Assembly: GCA_963702095.1 (NCBI GenBank)
Contig: OY969706.1
Location: 992,001 to 1,056,000 of the forward strand
Reading direction: 5' to 3'
Length of the DNA: 64,000 nt
From: Candidatus Bathyarchaeota archaeon
GTDB lineage: Archaea > Thermoproteota > Bathyarchaeia > Bathyarchaeales > Bathycorpusculaceae
Below the pieces are notes generated by a model. It worked only from the letters and a program-made list of their open reading frames with translations. It made no database searches and was not told the origin of the DNA. The first letter of the stretch is position 1. Every line of letters begins with the position of its first letter. Position numbers and translations under genes: made by a program. This document shows, piece by piece, positions 10,166 through 18,808 of the stretch.

Positions 10166-10771
10166 TTACAGGTTGTGGGCTTCTTTTGAAACGTTTTTGG
10201 CACCGTGCCGTACAACAACCCCTATTATTACGGGTATTAGGATGCCGAAGATCAGCCTTGGCGTCATAGTTATGAATAAGCCATAGAGCCCATAGACGTA
10301 CAGCGGCGATGCGAACTGGTCAACCAGGAATAAGAAAAGCCCACCTACTAACGCGGCTATGAACCCAGAGAAAATTAGCCTCGAAAGCTGCATGGACTTT
10401 TTGTTTAGAGCGCCTGCAATATAGCCTATCAGCATTGCGCTGAGTATGTAGCCTAAGAGTCCCATGTTGTGGACCCACGAGGGGGATGCTATACCGTATA
10501 AACCGTACCAGAGCGCGTATATGCTTCCCAGCAGGAAACCTGTTGCTCCTCCCGCCCACTTGTTCCATACTAACCCAACTATCAGGGGCACGGCAACTAC
10601 CATGATTACTTCTTGGACGCCGAAAACGAAAATGCCTAGAAAGGCCGGGTTTAGGCTCGTCATGTTTTGCTCGTTTAGTGGGAACCAAATTATTATCAAA
10701 CAGACGATTAGAGGGGCTATGATTCCTAATAGGATGTCTCTTAGTTTTATGTCTCTTAGGCGGTCAGACAT
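10166..10771 (-). CDS. multi-pass membrane protein, possibly ECF S-component-like
   Basis: ~6 hydrophobic helices; WxGGxxGFLLG. Confidence 0.6.
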   Translation of the reverse strand: MSDRLRDIKLRDILLGIIAPLIVCLIIIWFPLNEQNMTSLNPAFLGIFVFGVQEVIMVVAVPLIVGLVWNKWAGGATGFLLGSIYALWYGLYGIASPSWVHNMGLLGYILSAMLIGYIAGALNKKSMQLSRLIFSGFIAALVGGLFLFLVDQFASPLYVYGLYGLFITMTPRLIFGILIPVIIGVVVRHGAKNVSKEAHNL

Positions 10772-10811
10772 TTCAATCAGCCATTCGGTGTCGAATTAAC
10801 AAATTCGTATA

Positions 10812-10832
10812 AATATTTAAATATTGTTATGT
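10812..10832. promoter_or_regulatory. 21-bp motif copy 2 upstream of arsR
   Basis: AATATTTAAATATTGTTATGT, 20/21 identical to 9420-9440. Confidence 0.55.
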
Positions 10833-10846
10833 AATGAAAAATTGGC

Positions 10847-11176
10847 ATGCCCAGCAACACAGAAACGAACTACCGGTTCAAATCAACACTTCTAAACGCC
10901 CTCGCAGACCCAATCAGACTAGAAATCATAGCCTACCTGCGCGACGGCGAGAAATGCGTCTGCGAAATAGTCCCACAACTAAACCTAATCCAGCCGCTTG
11001 TCTCAAGGCACCTAAAAATCCTCAAATACGCCGGCATAGTACGATGCCGCAAAGACGGAACAAAACGCCTCTACTCCATCGTCGACCAACGGATCTTTGA
11101 CGTAGTAGACGCGTTAACACCCGAACTGGTTAATGTTTTAGCTAAAGAAGCCTTCGAGAGCGCCTTCTGTCGATAA
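10847..11176 (+). CDS. ArsR/SmtB family metalloregulator
   Basis: ALADPIRLEII, CVCEI box, VSRHLKIL. Confidence 0.92.
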   Translation: MPSNTETNYRFKSTLLNALADPIRLEIIAYLRDGEKCVCEIVPQLNLIQPLVSRHLKILKYAGIVRCRKDGTKRLYSIVDQRIFDVVDALTPELVNVLAKEAFESAFCR

Positions 11177-11326
11177 GTGACTGAGAGATGGCTTGCGGTT
11201 AGAAAAAATGCGGGGCTTTCTCGAATTATCCTTTTAATTAGATGGCAACAAGCGCTAACTTGATTGTCCACTAAGCAAGTCTTATATAATCCACCAATAA
11301 AATAGAGCTATTCTTGAGGAGAAAAA

Positions 11327-11794
11327 ATGATTACAGCGAAGAGCATAATTGAATTAATAGAAAGAGAAAGACTCATAGTTTATTTTGTTCTGCTATGGGC
11401 TGGTTCCTTCTTTTTCTACAACCTAAGTTCGACGATTTACTATGTAGGAAACCTTAACACTGCCGCACATGGCATAGCAGCGTTCAGCAATTTATTGGAG
11501 TTGTTTGCTGGTGTAATGCTTGGACTGCTCGGATTCACATTGTTGTTCAATGGCTTTAAACTACCGATAACAAAGGAACGACTGCTGGTTTTCTTTTTGC
11601 TACTGTGGGCGGGGTCATTCTTTTTCTGGGGCATCTACGCATTCATCGACATCGGACCCGTAACTGCTGAAAACCTCTTTTACGTCATAGGCGGAATATT
11701 TGATTTAGTAGCTGGTGCTGTGCTCGCGCTCTTTAGCTTTAAGCTAATGGGCATTAACACCACCCGTTCTGATCTTCCTCCGCCACCACCATAA
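11327..11794 (+). CDS. 4-TM membrane protein with internal two-fold repeat
   Basis: ERLIVYFVLLWAGSFFF / ERLLVFFLLLWAGSFFF; poly-Pro tail. Confidence 0.7.
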   Translation: MITAKSIIELIERERLIVYFVLLWAGSFFFYNLSSTIYYVGNLNTAAHGIAAFSNLLELFAGVMLGLLGFTLLFNGFKLPITKERLLVFFLLLWAGSFFFWGIYAFIDIGPVTAENLFYVIGGIFDLVAGAVLALFSFKLMGINTTRSDLPPPPP

Positions 11795-11947
11795 CAACAA
11801 CAAAATTACTTTCTTTTTTTGTATCTTCTGGTAATGAATCATTCTATCTCTTAACAAAAAATTGTCGCTACACTTGTCTAGAAGGCGACCCCTGCTGCGT
11901 CAATTACTCAAGTGAAGATATGAAATGTTAATATTAGCTGATTCTCC

Positions 11948-12436
11948 ATGTTACTGGTTATGCCCAAACCGTCAAAGTCAAATCCCAAGCCGAAAGCCAA
12001 ACCCAAAGGCAAGGTTAAGCCTGAACCAGAAGCACCCAGCATCACAAGCAACAGAACCTACTGGGTGGTGCTCACGGTGGTGTTTGCTGTTGTGTCAGCG
12101 GTTTTTAGCGGCATACTTGGTTTTAACTTAGTTAGGGCTGCGGCGGTGACGGTTACGGTGGCAGTGTTGATTGCCGCAGTGGGTTTCATAAGGGTCAGTC
12201 CTTCCAAGCTATCACTCGGCAAGCGAGCAACGTTCATCTTTATTGGTGCATCGGTGATTGGATTTGGAATTTGGGCTGCGCTTGCATTGGCACTTATGCC
12301 GCAACTGGTGGTGCTTGACGACCAATTCTACGTCGTCGCGACCCTAGCGATGTGCTTGGCCACTGGCGCTGTGGCTGGCGAGTTAATCAGTCGAATCCAA
12401 AAATTGCAAGAGCGACTTTTTCCCCAGAACCTTTAA
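11948..12436 (+). CDS. hypothetical membrane protein
   Basis: Pro/Lys-rich N-terminus and four TM segments. Confidence 0.6.
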   Translation: MLLVMPKPSKSNPKPKAKPKGKVKPEPEAPSITSNRTYWVVLTVVFAVVSAVFSGILGFNLVRAAAVTVTVAVLIAAVGFIRVSPSKLSLGKRATFIFIGASVIGFGIWAALALALMPQLVVLDDQFYVVATLAMCLATGAVAGELISRIQKLQERLFPQNL

Positions 12437-12484
12437 GAGCAGAAACCGTCAGCATGTTCTAAGCGAGTTCAAAGGTAATCTCAA

Positions 12485-13363
12485 TTGAAATTCGGCATCA
12501 TGACACGTAACCCCGAAGCCTGGAGTAGCACACAGGTTCGTTTAGCACTCGACAAACGCAGCATCCCATACGAATGCTTCACTTTCCCACGCCTCGTCGC
12601 CCGGCTCGCCTACAAGCCCTACTTCAAAGTTAACGGAACAAGCATACTAGACGACTTAGACGCCCTCATCATCCGCCCCATCGGGCGTGGCAGCCTCGAA
12701 GAGCTGGTGTTCCGCATGGACATGCTCTATAAACTTGAGCGGCAGGGCTTCTATATGGTTAACCCCCCCTCGGCGATTGAACACTGCGTTGACAAATACG
12801 ACATACTTGCATTGCTTGAAGATGTCGGCGTTCCCGTTCCACGTACCCTTGCAACTGAGAGCGTCAACGAGGCAATCAAAGCTTTCCATGAACTCGGCGG
12901 CGACGTAGTTGTCAAACCCATCTTCGGCAGCCGCGGACAAGGCGCCACGCGAGTAAACGACATCGACATCGCCGACACTGTTTTCAAAGCCATTACCTTC
13001 CACCACGGCGTCATCTACATTCAGGAATTCGTTCCCCACGGCACCAGTGACATCCGCGCCTTCGTACTGGGCGACCAAGTTATCGCGTCGATGCGCCGTG
13101 TAGCCACAGGCTGGAAGACCAACTACAGCCAAGGAGCACGGCCTGCACCAGAAGAAATCAGTGATGAATTCAAAGAGTTAGCCGTCAAAGCCGCCAAAGC
13201 GGTGTGCTGCAAAGTTGCAGGCGTAGACATCCTTGAGGGTCCAAAGGGTCCGCGGATCGTGGATGTGAATAGTCAACCCGGTTGGAAAGGGTTGCAGGCG
13301 GTTACCAAGGTGGATGTCGCCGACGAAATCGTCAAGTTCATGCTAGACGAGTTGAAGAAGTAA
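12485..13363 (+). CDS. RimK-family ATP-grasp glutamate ligase (MptN/CofF-like)
   Basis: VVKPIFGSRG, QEFV, DIRAFV, WKTN, GVDIL, VNSQPGW. Confidence 0.85.
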   Translation: MKFGIMTRNPEAWSSTQVRLALDKRSIPYECFTFPRLVARLAYKPYFKVNGTSILDDLDALIIRPIGRGSLEELVFRMDMLYKLERQGFYMVNPPSAIEHCVDKYDILALLEDVGVPVPRTLATESVNEAIKAFHELGGDVVVKPIFGSRGQGATRVNDIDIADTVFKAITFHHGVIYIQEFVPHGTSDIRAFVLGDQVIASMRRVATGWKTNYSQGARPAPEEISDEFKELAVKAAKAVCCKVAGVDILEGPKGPRIVDVNSQPGWKGLQAVTKVDVADEIVKFMLDELKK

Positions 13364-13365
13364 CC

Positions 13366-13998
13366 TCAGCGGCTTTTTCCATATTTTTCTATAGTTTCTT
13401 TGAAGGCTCTTGCTGCCCGCTGGGGATCGTCCGATTCGAGGATGGCGGAAGTTACTGCGACTCCATCGACATCCGCTTGGAGAAGAAGATGCAGTTTCTC
13501 AAGGGTGACTCCGCCTGCAGCGAAGACCGGCAGCCGAGTCAGTTTTCTCGCAGCTTGGACGGTTTCAAGCGGCACAACCGGACATGTGGAACCTTCGCAG
13601 ACATGGAAAATGGAGCAGAATGAAACGTAATCTGCGCCTCCACGTTCAGCCCACCCCAGCCTACCTAAATCAACGTTTACGGTGTAGCCTACCAAAGCGT
13701 CGTTGCCCAAAACCTTCCGTGCCTCAGCCGGCGACACATCAAAATCGTCAAAATGCACACCGCCAGCGCTAACGGCTTTAGCCAAACCCAAATCGTTGTT
13801 CACCAAAAAAGGCGTCCCCCGCTTCCCGGCTAAATCCGCCAATGCTCCAGCCAAACGCAAATCTGCAGCTGCTTTCCCAGCCGAGTACTGTAGCAAATCG
13901 ACGCCGCCTCTTAGCGCCTTCTCTGTGGCAGAGATCAGCGCGTCAGCGGACTGTATTGGCGAAACAACCAGATACAATCCATGGGGTTTCATTTCCAT
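13366..13998 (-). CDS. thiE: thiamine-phosphate synthase
   Basis: LYLV, ALRGGV-LLQ, VNND, GVH, GADYV, AAGGV, GVAVTSAI; in the TPP-riboswitch operon. Confidence 0.8.
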   Translation of the reverse strand: MEMKPHGLYLVVSPIQSADALISATEKALRGGVDLLQYSAGKAAADLRLAGALADLAGKRGTPFLVNNDLGLAKAVSAGGVHFDDFDVSPAEARKVLGNDALVGYTVNVDLGRLGWAERGGADYVSFCSIFHVCEGSTCPVVPLETVQAARKLTRLPVFAAGGVTLEKLHLLLQADVDGVAVTSAILESDDPQRAARAFKETIEKYGKSR

Positions 13999-15041
13999 CC
14001 GTCCCTTGAGGCTTTCCAGTAGGCTGCCCAATAAGGGTCCAACGACGGCTTCTCTAGGGGTCTGCGTTGGTCTTGGCTGTTTATCCATAGCCCCTGTTTT
14101 TTGTCGGTGATTTCTCCGATTACTGCACTCGCTATCCCCTTTGCCTCCAGTGTGTGTTGAACCGACTCTGCCTTCGCTGGTTTAACCGTTGCCAGCAGGG
14201 TGCCTTCGCTTAGAGATTCGTAGGGCGACAAGTTGAACAATTCACAGACCTGTCGTGCTTCTTGGGTAACTATGATTTTGGATTGGTCAACTTCTAAGCC
14301 TACCCCCGACGCTTGGGACAACTCGTAAAGGGCACCGAAAAGACCGCCTTCGGTAACGTCATGCATAGCCGTAACACCATCCTCCCTCAAACCAACCGAA
14401 GCCGCCGCCAATGCGTCTTCAACTACACTGAACTTGTCTATATACCGCTGGGCTTTCAGCAAAAAAACGGGTCCATAAGCTTCTTCGACGGTTTGGGGAA
14501 AAACCCGAGCAAGAATAGCTGTGGCAGCAACGGCGACACCCTTAGTCATCAAGATGATGTCGCCAGGTTGGCTCATGTTGCTAGCGATGTATCGATCTTG
14601 GGGTACCACAGCCATCATGACGCCTCCTCCCACAACCGTGTAATCACAACCCACATACCTTCCCGTGTGGCCGCCGATGACTCCTATGCCCAGTTTCTCG
14701 CATTCACTGCTTATGCAGTCCCAGTATTGCTTGAACTCTTCATCTTTCATTTGTGGGGGCAAATTTAGGTTAACCATCAGAAACTGAGGTGCAAAACCAC
14801 AGGTCGCCAAATCCGAAGCCAACAGGTGCACAGAAATATACGCGGAATCCACAAAGCCCAAAGCTGGAATAACTGAGAGCGGGTCAGCGGTTGCAACCAG
14901 CACCTGATTGCCTCCTAAGCGGACTACCGCGTTGTCGCGTCCATGACCCGGCCCCACCAGCACCTCACTCCGCTTAGCGCCCAACTTATGGTACACCAAC
15001 GCCTCGATTAGGTCTAATTCGAATTTTCCGATTTCACTCAT
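13989..15041 (-). CDS. AIR synthase/PurM-fold protein (HypE/ThiL-related)
   Basis: DNAVV, TADP, SDLAT, GGHT, MHDVTEGGL; start set at MSEIG. Confidence 0.85.
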   Translation of the reverse strand: MSEIGKFELDLIEALVYHKLGAKRSEVLVGPGHGRDNAVVRLGGNQVLVATADPLSVIPALGFVDSAYISVHLLASDLATCGFAPQFLMVNLNLPPQMKDEEFKQYWDCISSECEKLGIGVIGGHTGRYVGCDYTVVGGGVMMAVVPQDRYIASNMSQPGDIILMTKGVAVAATAILARVFPQTVEEAYGPVFLLKAQRYIDKFSVVEDALAAASVGLREDGVTAMHDVTEGGLFGALYELSQASGVGLEVDQSKIIVTQEARQVCELFNLSPYESLSEGTLLATVKPAKAESVQHTLEAKGIASAVIGEITDKKQGLWINSQDQRRPLEKPSLDPYWAAYWKASRDGWK

Positions 15042-15715
15042 GCAGTATCCCTCACTTCTATGGCGACTCCGAGAAAGGCTCCGAATGGGAAAACCGCCGA
15101 CTCCAAATCGCCGAAGACCTTGGGAAAAAAGGTTGTGCTCCAAAACAATATATGGTATTTCCCCTCAAAATTGTTATGCAAATGGTTTTTTATGTCATCT
15201 ATAGAGTAAAAGTGTGCTCCTTTGTAGAATGATTCTTTCTTCGTTTTTGCTTCGATTTTTTTCCTCGCTGTGCTGGCGCTGTTTTTGTTCATAAGCCCCA
15301 CGATCACTCCTTTCTTCGCCACTCTAAACGCCTCCAAAAATGTGGATGCAGCGTCGGGTAGGTATTCTAAGCTGGTTATGTAGGCGATTAAGTCTATGGA
15401 TTTGTCTTTGAAGGGTAAGTGGCTACCGTCACTTTGCAGCAGACAGCCCTCTGTCCACAGCTTCTTTGCCGCCTTCAACATCGGGGCTGAGGTATCAATG
15501 CCACAGGATTCTATCCCCTTGGAGTCGATCCATCGTGTAAAGTGCCCTGTTCCGCATCCCACTTCAAGGAGGCTTTTTGCATCCCGAAAATGGTCCAACA
15601 GCTTTGTCAGGAGCTGCTTTTCTAGGCGGTCTGCCCTCTGATACTTTGCAGTATAGTACTCTTCGTATACCCTGGCAGTTTCTTCGCTCTGGTACTTTTT
15701 GCTCATGGCTTTCAT
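15038..15715 (-). CDS. class I SAM-dependent methyltransferase
   Basis: LEVGCGTG motif I; LPFKD. Confidence 0.85.
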   Translation of the reverse strand: MKAMSKKYQSEETARVYEEYYTAKYQRADRLEKQLLTKLLDHFRDAKSLLEVGCGTGHFTRWIDSKGIESCGIDTSAPMLKAAKKLWTEGCLLQSDGSHLPFKDKSIDLIAYITSLEYLPDAASTFLEAFRVAKKGVIVGLMNKNSASTARKKIEAKTKKESFYKGAHFYSIDDIKNHLHNNFEGKYHILFWSTTFFPKVFGDLESAVFPFGAFLGVAIEVRDTA

Positions 15716-16258
15716 CTAAGCAAGATACTTTGTATCCAAGAATCTTCTTACAGCTATGAGGACTGCGGCGGTTATGGGTACAAAGACTAAATCTACCAGC
15801 ACAGCTAAGTCGAAGACTGCAAACCCGATTCCGAACAGAGCAAAGTCGATGGCGAAAAAAATCGCTGTTTCAACGATGACTCCAAGAACCATGCCTACGA
15901 TTTCACTCTTTTTCCTCAGAGCGCCTGCAACCAACGCCATAGGAGTTCTGGCAACAACCAAACCGACGAGGTAGATGTAGGTGAATCCTGGGGGAACCAC
16001 TATGGTTCCTATGCTTGTTCCCGCCAAGTATCCGACGGCGCATCCGATGGCTGTTGAAGTGACGCCGACTTTTGGACCCAGCAGGATAGCTACCGTAAAA
16101 ATGATTATGGGTGCCAAGTTTATGGTTGAAAGTGGAGGCGGCAGTGGTATGGCGATGATTGTGGTTACCGCAATTAACGCCGCCATGACACCGGTTAATG
16201 CTACAATTTTCGTGGATGAATAATTTTTAGTATTTTGGACAGTTAGATTCAAGTTCAT
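15716..16258 (-). CDS. ECF transporter S component, probably thiamine or precursor specific
   Basis: Hydrophobic S-component pattern (AALIAVTT...INL...LLGP); ATG directly follows the riboswitch. Confidence 0.8.
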   Translation of the reverse strand: MNLNLTVQNTKNYSSTKIVALTGVMAALIAVTTIIAIPLPPPLSTINLAPIIIFTVAILLGPKVGVTSTAIGCAVGYLAGTSIGTIVVPPGFTYIYLVGLVVARTPMALVAGALRKKSEIVGMVLGVIVETAIFFAIDFALFGIGFAVFDLAVLVDLVFVPITAAVLIAVRRFLDTKYLA

Positions 16259-16261
16259 TTT

Positions 16262-16355
16262 TTTCCCTCCGCCAGTATTACCTGGTTCAGGTTCGCAGGG
16301 TCGATGCCGCCTTAGGCATCCTCTCAGCCGGGTCCTATCCCAGCTCCCCAAGAAC
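16262..16355 (-). promoter_or_regulatory. TPP (THI-box) riboswitch
   Basis: Minus strand reads GGGGAGC..GCTGAGA..ACCC.GCGAACCTGAACCAGGTAATACTGGCGGAGGGAA, matching the TPP aptamer consensus, upstream of a thiE operon. Confidence 0.92.
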
Positions 16356-16469
16356 TGAAGAGAAATTGTGCCATTGTGGCATATTAGTTTTGCTTTTTTG
16401 AATCCGTCTGCTTGGGTTATGGATTGCTTTATTAGGTACAGTCACCTCAACCAAATAGGAAGCTTTTCA

Positions 16470-16706
16470 ATGGTTAACCGCTTAACTGCCGTTTTGAGAG
16501 TAATTGGCGAAACCGCTTTCCTATTCGGATTGCTAGCATGGGCTTACGGGATTCTTATTCAGGTCACCCATCCTGAATGGTTGCCCCTTGGTCTTTCCCA
16601 CCTCATACCCTGGATTAGAGTGGATACGTTTACCATCCTTTCTTTTGTTATCGCCGCAGCCGGGTTTGTAGTTTGGAGGTTAACACGAGAGGTATATCGC
16701 GCTTAA
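16470..16706 (+). CDS. small 2-TM membrane protein
   Basis: MVNRLTAVL... hydrophobic ORF; start chosen at internal ATG. Confidence 0.55.
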   Translation: MVNRLTAVLRVIGETAFLFGLLAWAYGILIQVTHPEWLPLGLSHLIPWIRVDTFTILSFVIAAAGFVVWRLTREVYRA

Positions 16707-16778
16707 CTGCCTTACTGGCTGCAAAAAACGTTTTTTGTACACTTTTTTTGCGCTAACCTTTTTTAGAAAATAAACCAT

Positions 16779-18032
16779 TTGATTCCATTGATTGAAATGA
16801 CTACCTGCACTTCAGCCTTATCCTTAGACGCCCACGTATACCTGCACGACATTGAAAAAGCCGATATCCTAATCGGAATACCCAGCTTCAACAATGTCCT
16901 CACCGCAAGTTACGTGCTCTCTCAAGTCACCAAAGGCTTGGACCAGTATTTCCCAGACCACCGCTCCGTCATTTTTGTCTCTGATGGAAACTCCAAAGAT
17001 GACACCCTCAACTCCGTTAAAAGGGTCAATTTGCCCTCGCAGGTCAAACTGATACCCGCCATTTACATGGGAATATCGGGCAAGGGCTGTGCAGTGCGAG
17101 CTATCTTTGAAGCTGCCAGCCACCTCGGCGTCAAAAGTGTAGCATTGGTCGATTCAGATTTACGCAGCATAACCCCCGAGTGGATAAACCTCCTCGTGTC
17201 CCCAACCTTGGCTGGAACGGGCTTTGTTGCGCCCTACTATAACCGCCGCAAATACGACGGCACAATAACAAACTTCCTATGTTACCCCATAACTGCAAGC
17301 TTGTTCGGCAAAAACATCAGGCAACCCATAGGCGGAGACTTCGGATTATCCATCGAGTTAGTTGAGGACCTGTTGGCTTCCTCTATGTGGGAGCTACCCG
17401 ACGTTAACCGCTTCGGCATCGACATTTTCGAAACAACCACCGCGCTTGCACATGGATACGAAGTTAAGCAGGCTTATCTTGGAATCAAAGAACATGACGC
17501 TAAAGACCCATCCAGTCAACTCGCGTCCATGTTCCGCCAAGTCATGAATACCTTGTTCACTTCCATCGAGCGGTATGAGGCTGTTTGGCGCAAAATTGAG
17601 GGCTACTCTGTAACAGAGATGGTTGGCGAGCCAAAGGATGAGGAAACACCGCAGCCAATCCAAGTTTCATTACCAAACACCATAGCGGCGTTCAAAGCAA
17701 ACTATGACACGTTTAGCTCGATCTACAAGAGATGCCTAAGAGCGGAAGTCATAGCTAAATTTGACGCACTAAGAAAAATCGAAGAGGTTGACGTCGACTT
17801 CTCCTCTGACGTTTGGGCTGAAACCGTCTACTCCTTTATTGCCGAGTATCATCATGCGCCTTTTGACCAAAGAGAAAAATTGATTGATGCGTTGCGGGTT
17901 CTTTGGATTGGGCGGGTTGCAGTTTTCCTGAAGCAAACGTGGAATGAGTCAAGGGAGATGGCTGAATCAAGAATCCTTGAGGAAGTACAGGTTTTCAGAG
18001 AGCTCAGGCATCAATTAATCGAGAAGTATTAA
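16779..18032 (+). CDS. glycosyltransferase, glucosylglycerate/mannosylglycerate synthase-like (single step)
   Basis: IGIPSFNN, SDG.S.D.T, GKG, VDSDLRSI, RQPIGGDF, FGIDI; next to gpgS/gpgP-like genes. Confidence 0.75.
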   Translation: MIPLIEMTTCTSALSLDAHVYLHDIEKADILIGIPSFNNVLTASYVLSQVTKGLDQYFPDHRSVIFVSDGNSKDDTLNSVKRVNLPSQVKLIPAIYMGISGKGCAVRAIFEAASHLGVKSVALVDSDLRSITPEWINLLVSPTLAGTGFVAPYYNRRKYDGTITNFLCYPITASLFGKNIRQPIGGDFGLSIELVEDLLASSMWELPDVNRFGIDIFETTTALAHGYEVKQAYLGIKEHDAKDPSSQLASMFRQVMNTLFTSIERYEAVWRKIEGYSVTEMVGEPKDEETPQPIQVSLPNTIAAFKANYDTFSSIYKRCLRAEVIAKFDALRKIEEVDVDFSSDVWAETVYSFIAEYHHAPFDQREKLIDALRVLWIGRVAVFLKQTWNESREMAESRILEEVQVFRELRHQLIEKY

Positions 18033-18040
18033 CGCTTACC

Positions 18041-18808
18041 CTACTTGTATGATAGAGTTTGAGTTACTGAAACAATTTCCTTCCAAACCGCCACCCGTTT
18101 AGCTGCACGATCAATGTAGAAAGGCTTATCCACCTTTTCTAGCATGGGCAAATCGTTTGGGCCATCGCCGACGCCGACCGTGCAGACATCGCCAAATTGC
18201 TGCCTATACAACTCTTTTAGAATTGCCACTGCCTTGCCTTTGTCTGTGTTGCCCAAGGCGTGGAAATATCGTCCACCCAAAGTGTAGCATAGACCCTCAT
18301 TGCTTAATGCCTGCAGAACCTCCTGTTTGTTTCCGCTTAATATTTTGAAGGGTTCACTGTACTCTCTTTCTTTAGCAAGCTTCGCCTCAGCCAACGGCAG
18401 ACCATTATCAGCGGCTACTTCCTCCACGGTCATGTCTGCGAATCCGATGATGTTTGCTCCGGTTTGGAGTTTGATGGCTGCCAGTTTTCTGCAGATAACC
18501 CCGTATGGAAGCCCCAGTTCAATTACACAGTTGCCATAGGCTTTCTTGCAAAAATCAAAGCTATGAGAGAAGTAATTTTTAGGAATGATTATGGCTGAGC
18601 CGTTTTCGACGATGTAGGGGGCTGTGAGTTGGAGTTTTTCTCTGTAGAGGTTGATTTCACTTTTTGTTTTGCTGCTGACCAAAACCACTGAGACTTTGCG
18701 GGCAAACAGTTCCCTTAGGCTGGGTTCTATGTCGGTGTACTCATAGTTTGCGTTAAGCAGGCTGCCGTCGAGGTCGCTGAAGATAACAATCTTTCTCTTA
18801 TTGTTCAA
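18041..18808 (-). CDS. glucosyl/mannosyl-3-phosphoglycerate phosphatase (HAD IIB)
   Basis: DLDGSLL, SSKT, ENG, REYSEPF, GGRY, DKGKA, GDGPND. Confidence 0.88.
   Translation of the reverse strand: MNNKRKIVIFSDLDGSLLNANYEYTDIEPSLRELFARKVSVVLVSSKTKSEINLYREKLQLTAPYIVENGSAIIIPKNYFSHSFDFCKKAYGNCVIELGLPYGVICRKLAAIKLQTGANIIGFADMTVEEVAADNGLPLAEAKLAKEREYSEPFKILSGNKQEVLQALSNEGLCYTLGGRYFHALGNTDKGKAVAILKELYRQQFGDVCTVGVGDGPNDLPMLEKVDKPFYIDRAAKRVAVWKEIVSVTQTLSYK

Noticed and set aside
16259-16351. N-terminal extension of the ECF-S ORF
   Set aside because: This is the riboswitch sequence
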